A DNA stretch of 64,000 nt from the human T2T-CHM13v2.0 reference genome, Homo sapiens, in the NCBI RefSeq assembly GCF_009914755.1, contig NC_060940.1. One strand, given 5' to 3'. The notes under the pieces are model-generated. The model was not told the DNA's origin, ran no database searches, and was given only the letters and a program-made list of their open reading frames with translations. This document shows, one piece after another, positions 33,601-64,000 of this stretch (within the stretch, counting starts at the first letter, position 1; the number at the start of each line of letters is the position of its first letter). The position numbers and the translations under genes were made by a program.

Positions 33601-33944
33601 GTCCAGCTGGGTTGCTTGCTTGGCAAGCTTGTCATTCCTCTACCTGCAAGGGGAAGCCTAGTCCCCCACACTTAGTCCCCCTCCATAAAGCGGCTGAAGT
33701 GATAATTCCCACCTGAAAATCTGAGTAAGTCCTTCACTGCCTGAAACTAGTTCCTTAGTGCCTTCAGGACAAAGGCCGCACTTCTTAGCAAGGCATTCAG
33801 GGCTCTTCGTAATCTGGTGAAGGTTTAACCAGCCAATCAACACCGGAGCACTTCTGTGCTCCCTTTACGTAGTTTATTGTTGTTAAAACGTGTGGCGCTC
33901 CTGTTAGCTCTGGTTTCATACCTTTGTGTTTTAGTATTACTAAT

Positions 33945-36488
<2,544 letters not shown>

Positions 36489-37483
36489 TAGAAGAGATTT
36501 GGAATGCTGATTCACTAGAGGGTGGGTTTGCTGAATAAGCATATTGTCTAGGTCTAATTGTAGTTTTGTGCTTGTTAAGTTGCATAAATGAGCTAGAAAA
36601 AGTGCAGCCTTCAGGAAACCTGTTTGCATCTGACACTGAGCTCCAGTTGCACTTCACCTCAGGCATCTGGTTGGCATCTAGAACAGAATGCCCCTACAGA
36701 AGTAGGTGCTGGAGTTCTCTATCATAATCACAAGTTCATAGTTAAATGAGTGAGACTTTGGTTTGGCCTTCTGTTTTACTTTGGAAGTGTGAGTGTGTAA
36801 TATGGGCAACTTAGGTCCTCTTCACAGCTTCTCAGCTGTATGATGTGAATGGGCTATAGGTGTGCCAAAGTATCGACCCTTAAGCTTCAGGATAGCTGAG
36901 AACAGCTGTCTCCACTGACTCCCGGGTGTTATACAATAGTATCATTCTATCATTCTCTCTGTGTATCTTGGCATGGGGAAAATTTTTTGAGAAAAAGTAC
37001 AGCTCTGGAAGAAGGGAAGCAGTTCTGCTTGTTGAGAGCTGGAGAGAGACTTATTTATTTGAACTCCCTTTCCTTCCAGGAATCTTACTCAAGGAGCATT
37101 AAGCCGGTTTGTGTTGGCTAGGTCATCACTGAGCTAATTCTTGGTACAGCCCTCTGTTGCCATGGTGTCTGATGTGATGCTAAGGTGGAAACATGTGATG
37201 TTTTCATTTGCTGGGAGAAAGTTTTCTTTCCAAGCTGCCAGCCTTGAAATGGCCTCTCAGGGCATCCTAAGAGTCATGTATCAAGGGACTCTTGGTGTGG
37301 AGCCATCCAGGCTGTAAGTTCCTTAAGATTAGAGACTATGGCCGCCTTCTTTTTGTTTGTCGCAATCTCTGGCAGAGTTCCTGACCCACAGCAGGAATTC
37401 AGTAAATATTTCTGGGTTGAACGTTGGGATTTTGGAAGGAGAACCCCAGGTACATTGCCAGGGTCTGTATTTCTGATGATGGC

Positions 37484-40035
<2,552 letters not shown>

Positions 40036-41076
40036 AGACCACATTTCATTTGCTCTGAGTTCAGCAATTTGATAAGTACCAAGGGAGTTCTGGAAACCTG
40101 AGAATGGCCCCTTCCCTCAAGGGTCTGACAGCTGTAGTGATCAAAGGCAGTCTGGAGTAGAGCAGTGAGCAGTGTGACTCAGATTATAGTTGGAATGGAG
40201 GTTTCTAAAGCAGACCCTTCAGGAAAGATCCTCAGGAAAGCTTTGTGGGTTCACCAACTCAGTGGCATGGGGAAGGATCAAGGCCTTGACTGGATGAGGC
40301 CCAGCACTGCTGGAGTCTTTCCGGAGTGATAGAAGGAGCCCCAGATGGGGAACTAGGATATTTGGGTCCAGGATATTTGGTCACCACCGTCTGAGTGGCT
40401 TTGGACGAGTCTCTTTACCTCTCCTGGACTGTCATTTCTGTAGATTGTCAGTGAGGACGATAATGCTGAATGCTCATACCCATTGCCACACTCTGTCCAA
40501 TGTGCGTGCCTTCTTTGAAGAGTGCTTTGGACCAGGCTGGGAGTTTAAGTTTTGGAGGCAGACTCTAGAGAGTTGGGTACTTTCTGCAAGATGACATACT
40601 GTGACACTCCTGGGAAGTCTCTTCCTGAAGCTTCCTTACTCATCCTTGCCCATCCCTACACCTACCGTGATCTCTGGGCTAGGGGCACACACAAGAGATG
40701 CTGGGAACAGGAAAAGGCTCTGCTCTTCTTCCTAGGAGCTTTACCAGCCACCTCCCGTGTTATAGAGTCTGCATTTTCACCTGACCACAGTGTGGAGAGG
40801 GAGTTTAACAGATGTGATGGGACTGTGGAGCAGCTGTGATCACCTGGGGGCTGTTGCCCATTGTCCCCACCTCTCAGCCAGCACCCTCTCTTCTCTACTT
40901 TCTTTTTTTTTTCCCCTCTCTTGGCCAATTTGGTCTAATATCCTCCAGTTTCAATCTGTAGTTGGGATGGTGGAGTACCCGCATCAGCCTATCTTTACAG
41001 AGTTTCTGATTGGAATCAATGTGAGAGAAACTATGTCTCAGGAAGACAGAAGGAAGATCAGAGGGAAAATCATTGA

Positions 41077-48355
<7,279 letters not shown>

Positions 48356-48523
48356 TAATGAGACTGAGTTTCTGGAGAGGGAGGGCTGAGGAGGATGGCT
48401 GATTTCCTTAGAGTTGGCCTGGCTGTGCTGACTTGTTCTCTCTTTGTGTGTAGGTGTAGACGGGGCACTGCCTTCAGAGCAGGTCCTGCCAGCCTCGCTG
48501 GAGAGGATGCCCTCGTGTCCGTG

Positions 48524-49480
48524 ATGGGCTGTGGGACAAGCAAGGTCCTTCCCGAGCCACCCAAGGATGTCCAGCTGGATCTGGTCAAGAAGGTGGAGCC
48601 CTTCAGTGGCACTAAGAGTGACGTGTACAAGCACTTCATCACAGAGGTGGACAGTGTTGGCCCTGTCAAAGCCGGGTTCCCAGCAGCAAGTCAGTATGCA
48701 CACCCCTGCCCCGGTCCCCCGACTGCTGGCCACACGGAGCCTCCCTCAGAACCACCACGCAGGGCCAGGGTAGCTAAGTACAGGGCCAAGTTTGACCCAC
48801 GTGTTACAGCTAAGTATGACATCAAGGCCCTAATTGGCCGAGGCAGCTTCAGCCGAGTGGTACGTGTAGAGCACCGGGCAACCCGGCAGCCGTATGCCAT
48901 CAAGATGATTGAGACCAAGTACCGGGAGGGGCGGGAGGTGTGTGAGTCGGAGCTGCGTGTGCTGCGTCGGGTGCGTCATGCCAACATCATCCAGCTGGTG
49001 GAGGTGTTCGAGACACAGGAGCGGGTGTACATGGTGATGGAGCTGGCCACTGGTGGAGAGCTCTTTGACCGCATCATTGCCAAGGGCTCCTTCACCGAGC
49101 GTGACGCCACGCGGGTGCTGCAGATGGTGCTGGATGGCGTCCGGTATCTGCATGCACTGGGCATCACACACCGAGACCTCAAACCTGAGAATCTGCTCTA
49201 CTACCATCCGGGCACTGACTCCAAGATCATCATCACCGACTTCGGCCTGGCCAGTGCTCGCAAGAAGGGTGATGACTGCTTGATGAAGACCACCTGTGGC
49301 ACGCCTGAGTACATTGCCCCAGAAGTCCTGGTCCGCAAGCCATACACCAACTCAGTGGACATGTGGGCGCTGGGCGTCATTGCCTACATCCTACTCAGTG
49401 GCACCATGCCGTTTGAGGATGACAACCGTACCCGGCTGTACCGGCAGATCCTCAGGGGCAAGTACAGTTACTCTGGGGAG
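48524..49480 (+). CDS. PSKH1: Serine/threonine-protein kinase H1, first coding exon (codons 1-319; 3' partial, last exon beyond window). Exon acceptor at 48454, donor at 49481
   Basis: MGCGTSKVLPEPPKDVQ N-terminus (Gly2/Cys3 acylation motif); CAMK-family kinase motifs GRGSFS, YAIK, HRDLKPEN, DFG, GTPEYIAPE, DMWALGV; exon ends ...YSYSGE|gtgagt. Confidence 0.97.
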
Positions 49481-49630
49481 GTGAGTCTGTCCTGCCCCTG
49501 TCCTGGATGTTGGGGAGGCACCTGCGGGGGCAGGTATATCCTGCAGCTCTCAGTCAGAGGTATGTCCTCAGGGCCATGCTCGTGAGGGCCAGGCAGGTCA
49601 TATAAAAGGGACAAAGTGAGACTATCAGAA

Positions 49631-50120
49631 TGTAGTTTGGGTTCCCTCAAGGTGAGCCCTGAGACAAGGACTTGGGAGCAGATAGTTTATTTGGGATGTG
49701 ATTTGAGTAACTAAAAGTGAAGGAGTGGGAAAAGTGAGGCAGGAAGGGAGAAAGTCAGTAGAGTATATTGAGAAATGGACTGCCACTGTGGGCCACTGGG
49801 AACCTTGGTAATAACCATGTGGAATGTGCCTCATAGTTGTACCACCAAAGAGCAGGAACGTGAGTTTCTTTTTGTTTTGTTTTTTTTTTAATCCACTGAC
49901 TCCTGTACTTCATGGGTTGAGAATTTCTTTGAGGACACTAAATCTCTGGTGCTTCTGGGCTGTCCTGATACCAACTAGTGCTAGAGAAAGTCTTCAGGCA
50001 GAGAAGCAGAGAGATGCAGGCACTGGCGGTGGGAAGCTGTTGCCAGGCACCAAGCAGTGTGCCACAGCTGCAGATGAGCTCAGGGGGTGGGCTGAGAGGA
50101 TGTGGGCAGGGCCTTCCCAG
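49631..50120. mobile_element. Old ERVL-type LTR fragment (LTR16/33-like, tentative)
   Basis: gggttccctc...ccctgagacaaggacttgggagcagatagtttatttgggatgtgat resembles the end of ERVL LTR families. Confidence 0.45.
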
Positions 50121-50212
50121 CATCTGCTCTGTGGGGCCCCAGCCAAGCTAGACTGAACATGCCCATCTCAGAGAGCAGCTTCTCATCACTGTCCAGTTTC
50201 ACCACACAATGA

Positions 50213-54525
<4,313 letters not shown>

Positions 54526-54937
54526 TGAAACTGAAATTTTAAGATAGATCTGGGAATGTCTGAAGCTTGAGAAGCTGATTGTGTTCTGGGAGCACTGCAT
54601 GGTGCCAGGCTGTTGAGGGTCCAGCTGGCAGAGGGGGCATTGAACTTAGCCCAGGAGTGAGGGAGAGAGATTTCCCAAGATACGCTGACAGAGGAAGGAC
54701 TCTGCTACAAGCCTGTAGGTTTGCCTGAGTTCCTGATTCTGGCAGTCGTTGACCTGGCAGCTAATCTAATTGGAGCTTGCACAGTCTTGCTAACTGGCTA
54801 TTGATTACCTGAGGGTTGGAAAATGACGAATGGGGTGGGGAGTGGGTTCCTGCCCGCTCCTACTGTAGCCGAAAGACTGGGTCCTTAGATTCTGTTGTTC
54901 TTCTGCTGGAATCACAGGGCAGGACTCTGCAGCTCAC

Positions 54938-54979
54938 AGTGAATGAGTGAGTGAATGAGTGAGTGAGTGAGAGAGAGAG

Positions 54980-55016
<37 letters not shown>
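54938..55016 (+). repeat. Compound microsatellite (GAGT/GAAT)n-(GA)n-(GT)17
   Basis: Read directly; the GT run spans 54983-55016. Confidence 0.95.
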
Positions 55017-55017
<1 letters not shown>

Positions 55018-56944
55018 GGAGAGGCACTGCTCAGCCTTTGCTCCCACTACCCTTTACCTGGAGCTGAAAAGCATCAGTTTCCAGCTCCAGAGGCAAATCC
55101 TGGCAGGTTCTGGTGGCCCTTATCTGTGACCAGGAGCTTGCCTGACCCCAAAAATCAGATTCTATCACCCGCTGTGGAGAGCTCTGGGTTGGGAGGGATC
55201 CGTCTGGGACATTTCCTGGGGGAGGGGTCCTTATCATGAGATCAGGCTCTCTCAGCTGGAGAACATCCAGCAGACCCTCAGGCCCCACAAAACCTGTTGA
55301 ATCAGAATCTACATTTTAATGAGATTCCAGGGGATGTGCATAAACATCAGGAGTCTGAGAAGTACCAGCCTCTGCCACTCCCTGGCAGAGCCCTGGTTTC
55401 TCTTTACTTTTCTGCATGGAGGTGAGGACAGACATCGCTAGAATGGGACCCAGCAATCACTCCTTCCAGCCACTCACTTCACAGCTAGACGGTCTCCTGG
55501 TAAGCAGAGGCAGCACCTCCTTCAAGCTCCTGCCAGCAACCTGGCATGCTTTTATAGCTCTATCCCAGGACACTAGGACAGGCATTTTTTGTTATTGTTG
55601 TTCTCCTGGCCACTGCCCACCCACAAGCACACCTGCTCACACCTGGGGAAAATGCAAGAGACGTGAAGGCCTGTTCTTCCTATCCCTAGAGGTTGAGATT
55701 GCCTGGGGAGAAGGAACTAGAATAGGGAATGGCCATAGAATGAACCCGCATTGGCAGACACATGTGAACACAGGCCTTGGCATAGAGCCACTGGGCCTGG
55801 GCAGTCTGGAACATGGACTATGGTGCTCAGGTCAGGTGGTTGGGCCCTGACCCCACCCACTCCAGCCATCTGTCCTATATGTGTAATAGGTGTTTGCCAT
55901 TAGGAAGGCCATGTAAGTGAGCAAGCCTCTGCCAGGATAACCTGTGAGAGAGAGAGTGTTCCATGATGAGGGGGTTGTTGCTGTGTGAATGAAGGACCTC
56001 TGACGCAGCAGCGTTTGGAGGTATGCATTCTTCACCAGCGAGTGTCTCGTGGTGCTTGGTGCCTTTCTAGGGGCACCTTTCCTGTTCCCTGACCCCATAG
56101 AGTGCTCTCCCCTGTACACCAGGCCGGGTCTGGTGTGCCTATTTCCTGCAAGCTCTGTCCATGCAGCCCCAGTCCTCTGTCAGGCTCAGTGGCATCCATG
56201 GACTTGAATAGAAAGCTTCCTGCAGAAGATGAGTTTTGAGAAGGAGGAGGCCCAGAGAAGGGAGCATTGCTGAGTGCTCCAGAATAAACAGGAGATTGGG
56301 AGTGACAGAGCAGAGGTTGAAGAGGCTGGGGCAGGTCTGGTGTTTGTTGTTGGGAGCCCTCTGCACTGTGGGAGGAGCCCTCTGGGTTCTGGGTAATGGA
56401 GGAGGAAGGCAGCAGAAAGTGGGAATGGAGCCTGGCAGGAGGAAGGCTAGCTGGAGGCTACTGGAATAATTCCATCCTGTCCTTCTGGGGATGTTTGGGG
56501 CAGATCAGGGATCCCAGGGAGTGGGATCCACATGGCATATGTAAGCCACAGTATAGGAGGTGAAGGAGTATGGAGCAGAGTCCTAGCTCTGCAGGAGGGA
56601 CATCAGCTTGTATGGGCAGACTTGGAGAGGATTCCAGGCTACCCTCTGACCTGGAGAGCATGTGGGGTCCTGCCTACCATCCTGGCACTCCAGATCCCCC
56701 AGCCTGAAGCCCATGCCCTAGACCCCACCCCACTCCCTGCACACCACAGGCCTGAGCCATTGCCCCCATTCACTCTCCACACCAAGCTTCTGCCTCAACT
56801 GTTCACGCTGCTCCCAGTATCGGTCTTAGTTGTTTCCTTTAGAAATAATGCTGCCTACTGCCATTGTGTGGTGCCCACTAAGTAGCAGACCCAGGGCTGA
56901 ATGTTCTACACCCCCCATCTCCAATCTATGACAACCCTGCCAGG

Positions 56945-57085
56945 TGGTACGTAATCCCCCACCTTACAGATGAGGAAACTGAGGATGGTGAGGTTACATA
57001 ACTTGGCCATGGTCTCCCGACTGGAGGGTGGCACATCTGGGATTTGATTCCAGGCTGTCTTGGCTTCAGAGTTCTTGGCCTGTCT
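56945..57085 (+). mobile_element. MIR fragment
   Basis: Core motif ccccaccttacagatgaggaaactgagg...aggttacataacttggccatggtc...ctgggatttgattccagg. Confidence 0.8.
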
Positions 57086-58353
57086 AGTGCTGCAGTCTGC
57101 TCTCCCTGGTATGTGTGCCTCAGCACGTTGCTGGTTTCTTGTTTCAGTGCTTTCTGGCTGCTGATCAGTGGACACATCTCTCCTGTCTAGCCTGTAGGGT
57201 CCTTGAGGACAGCATGTACATCAATACATATGCTGTCCACTGTCGTGTCCAGGCTTAGTGCACAGTGGTACCTGTATGCTGGGTTGAACTGCAGTATTTA
57301 TAAGTGATAACTGGTGGGGGAATTTTCTCTTGGCTTCTCCTGAGGGAAGCACCAGTGGCTATTGGTGATGCCCTGGGAAGCGTCCCAAATGTGACTGCTG
57401 GCAGGCAGACAGGCTGTGCAGCCAGTGGAGTGCTCCCCTCAAGGGGCCAGACTCCAGGAGGAAGCAGAGAGCCTGCTGGCAATGCGCTTAGGGGGCTGCT
57501 GGCCACAGCTGCCTGTGGGCACAGGCAGGGGGAGGATTTAAAGGCCCAGGGCTGGTGTGTGCTTGTCAACTTTTAGGGCAAATACAAGACTCTTGGAAGA
57601 GGGGTAAATGCTGAGGAGGAGATGACTGGAAAGGAAAAATCTGAATGTTTACCCAGCACCCAGAGGCACTGGAGTGGAGAGGGCACGCTGGAGTGGAGAG
57701 GGCATGCTGGAAGTGGTGGGGAGACACAGGTTGGGAGAGGTAGCGAAGGCCTGTGTGAATGTGAGAGCAGTTTGAGGACACAGTCACCTTGAGAGGCGGC
57801 TTCCTATCACAGGAGGCCTGGAGGAGCTGTTTCTAAAGGATGACACAGAAGGTGAGTCATCAGCTACAGACTCATGCTAGAGAACTGTCAGGGTCCTCCA
57901 ATGCAGAGAGTCTGTGATTCACTTGACATGAAATGTGACATCCTTGATGTCAGTGCTTTTGTCAAGAGTTCTATTCCTAGAGGCAGGACGGATGAAGGGG
58001 CTCTTGTAGGATTGATATTAGAGTGATGCCATTAGGAGCTTTGCTGTCTGCTGCATTCAGCATCCTGAATTATCACCCTCCTCTGCTTGGCCAGTCTCTG
58101 AGCTGTGGGTGAGCCCAGGTGACTGTACTAGGAACAGGTGGGCTTGGGTAGAATTTCTCACAGAGCCTTGTGAGTGCTGCTGGGCAGGGGACAGAGTACT
58201 GTTGGGAGAGGAAGCCCACCTTCATAGCCACTCTGCTGCTACCTGGGTGACAAGGGCTGGTGGGAGGTGGCCTCCCAGGGTTGGGTGTCTGGTCTGCAGG
58301 TTGACCATACATTGATCTGGGGCTAAGTATACCTGAAGGGGCAATGAGCTTGA

Positions 58354-61390
<3,037 letters not shown>

Positions 61391-64000
61391 CAGGCTGGGC
61401 CCTGGGAACCACTTGGCCTCAGCGGAACCCTTGATGAGTGTAGATAAAAGAGATCACGCTGCAGCAGGCTTCTAAATCTGGAACCTTCCAGGGCTACTCC
61501 AGGACATTGTTAAAAGCAGACATCGCTATGTTGGTGGCACAGGCCTATTGCAAAGCGAGCAAATAGCATCCTTCTCGATCTTGAGTTGTGTCCTGTCTCT
61601 CTCCTCTCCTTCCCCTCCACTCTGGCTCTGGGCAGGGACAGGTGGGGGCACACGATTTCATTTTGTTATCCATTTCAAGTTTCAGAACACAGCTTTACTA
61701 ACCTTTAAGTTGTCACACCTTTTCTCATTTTAATCTTTATTCTCTGCTTTTTTTTTTTTAATTCTCTACTTGTTTTTAAAACTGCATTATCTTCCCTCTA
61801 TTTCTCTCCTCAGGCTCTCTCCCCCCACACCCTTCCCTTTTCTGTTGCTTGCCCCTCACCCGCCCTCTGCCGAGTCCCAGGGTGGTAGATTCTGTCTGGT
61901 CTGGAAGCCCAGGCACCAGGATGATGGGTTTTTGACCACAGGAGGGGATGCTGGCTCTGCTGCCACACAGTGTCTAATTCTGCTGATGCTCTTCGTCGTG
62001 GGCAGCATGACAGGGTGCCGTTCTTGTTGTCATGCTGCTTTCCTGAGTAAACTCAAAGCTCTGTTTCCAGAATTTCCTCTGTGCCCTTTTCTCTGCTCTC
62101 ATTCAGGCCCACGTAAGTACAGAAAGGAGGCCTTTGAAGGTGGGAATAGTGGGTCTGAAAATACATCTTGAAATAGAGCTGAGGGAAGAACTGAGTCATG
62201 GTAGCAAAGCCCAGGCTTCTTCCTCCCTTCCCATCCCTTCTCTAGAAGCACTGTGGTGGGGCCACCTCCTCTGTCAGCCAGCCTGCCCCAGAATCATCAT
62301 TGGTTAGATAAGGAACCCAGGGCTCAAGAGGTCAGCTTAAATGCTAAACTCTGCGCTTCACATGTGGCCACGTGAAGGAAAAGGTGGAGAAAAAGGAATC
62401 CAGGAGTTTATAAACTGGAAGGGACTTAGAGTTCATGACATTCAGCCCCTTCCTCGTGTTAAAAGTGAAGGCGGTGTGATTTCTCTAAGGCCGACAGAGA
62501 AGGTAGAACTAGAACTCAGGTTGCTGGGCTTGCAATCTAACCCTTTAACGTATCCCAGATGCCACTCAGAAGACACACCAAGGGGCCTTTCTCTCCCAGC
62601 CTCACTTGCCAGTAGGCAGCCCTGCCTGCCAGAGGAAGTCTAGGGCCGCCCTGTAAGCTGTGTTTGCTGCCAGAAAGAAGCAGCTTCCTCCTCTGTCTGC
62701 AGCCTCTGCTAGAGAGCTGGCGCTGTTCTTTGTTTCATTAGCCCTTAGGCTCCAGGTGAGACCGCTGGCAGTGGCTTGGGTAGTGTTCATGCCAGGCCCT
62801 TGTGCCAGACATTAGAGCTAGAGCAAACGAAAAGGGTTGGTGCGGGGGGTCCTCAGGCGGGAGCGGAAAGCCCTTCCTGCTGTGCTGCCTCTCCCTCTCC
62901 AGGGGGAGTAGGACTCCACTGCCTAGGAGTGGCTTTGGCCCAGCATGGGTAGGGGGATGAGGAAGGCTAGTTGGTAAGGAGGTGCTCACGGAAGAGGTCG
63001 CTTCCCATACCCATTATTGGCATCTTTGCTGTTCCAACATCAGGAGCAGGTACCCTAACTGCAAGGGGAAAAGGACTCTTTTGAGGGCCATGGACTCAGG
63101 AGGAAGGCAGCCAGCTTGATGGTCAGAATCAGAGCAGAGGTGATGCCCTCCTCCTACAGCCCCTGCTTGTCTTCCTCTTGAAGCAGGACCCAGCCCTCAC
63201 TCACGCAGCAGTGTCTCGAAGTGCTGGGATTAGAGGTGTGAGCCACTGACTTGCCCAGAGACTGTGGAAAGGAGAGAGTGGAGGCTGTCACCCTGGGTAT
63301 GGAAGCTGTTCTCTGATCCCAGAGCAAGGGAAGACCTGAGAGTCTGGGCGTAGAGCCAGCTGACATCTTAGTGTTTCCCTCTGTGCCTCGTGCTCCACGT
63401 CGGCCCAGAAGCAGGTGGAAGCCTCAGAGACTGCCCAGGTGGGTCTTGGCACCTGTGCCATCTGTCAGCCAACTGAGGCCATGTGTGTCCCTGGTATGGC
63501 TCAAATAAGTATACTGAGGCACGAGTTCAGTTCTTCACCTAGAACAAACAGAGTTGTGGAGACTGAAGAGCATGACTATTCATCATTTTCCCTTTTCTCC
63601 TGCTTAGAATGCTTCCCAGCCAGTCAGCCCTTGGCTGACACACATACTTACGTGGCTCCAGGGGAAGCAGGTGGGTTGGGCTGCTGGCGTTGAGTGCTTT
63701 CTTAGGAGGTGCTGAGTTGATGTGAGGCCTGAAGCCTGGCTGTGGGCGAGTGTGGAAAGCCTTACTTTTCTAAGCCCTGTGGGAGGCCTCAGCAGGGCTT
63801 CCAGAGGCTGCTATTCTGAAGGTCACCCTAAGCCCCTGCCTCACTGTCAGCTGGATGAGGACCACCTTCTTGTGTTCAGCCTGACTTTCCTCTGTGTACA
63901 AGGGTTAGGCTGGGGACCAGTTCAGGACGACTTGAGTCACTTTGGCTTGGGGGACCCACCTGGCCTAGCTGCTCACAGCTCTTCAAAGATGGGAAGAGCT

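Noticed and set aside
48395-48523. N-terminal extension of the PSKH1 ORF from ATG 48395
   Set aside because: That ATG is upstream of the splice acceptor at 48453/48454, so it is intronic; the MGC acylation motif marks 48524 as the start.
49481-49585. Cys/Gly-rich read-through tail after the PSKH1 exon 2 donor
   Set aside because: The donor is strong (GAG|GTGAGT), I see no nearby AATAAA to support an intronic terminal exon, and the kinase C-lobe would be incomplete.
55416-55850. 144-aa ORF whose first ~55 residues recur in ORF 53154..53426(-), suggesting a duplicated small gene
   Set aside because: The similarity is explained by the DNA inverted repeat; there is no recognisable domain, promoter or splice support.
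57669-57712. Two tandem copies of a 19-bp unit (ctggagtggagagggca(c/t)g)
   Set aside because: A simple local duplication with only two units and no spacers; not CRISPR-like and nothing suggests function.

Overview
Mammalian, almost certainly human, genomic DNA. The gene order NUTF2-EDC4-NRN1L-PSKH1, all on the + strand, matches 16q22.1 as I recall it. Exon chains assembled by hand give the complete NUTF2 CDS (4 coding exons, 127 aa), the complete EDC4 CDS (29 exons, 4206 nt, 1401 aa) and the complete NRN1L CDS (3 exons, 165 aa). PSKH1 is represented by its CpG-island exon 1 and its first coding exon (319 codons); the rest of the gene lies beyond the window. The remainder is Alu-dense, with a solo ERV1-type LTR and MIR, L2 and MER fragments. 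Main observations: (1) EDC4 has two U12-type introns, both a multiple of 3 and free of stops, and they belong to a set of 8 such short introns whose retention would escape NMD; (2) the spliced PSKH1 leader holds two strong-context uORFs, one translating a (GGC)9 repeat as polyalanine and one whose TGA overlaps the kinase ATG (TGATG); (3) PSKH1 intron 2 has a ~315-bp inverted repeat of mostly unique sequence with a 176-bp perfect core; (4) the same intron has a candidate 6-nt microexon or cassette exon. No prokaryote-type systems such as CRISPR are present. Repeat boundaries are approximate and repeat family names come from recognition, not from a search.
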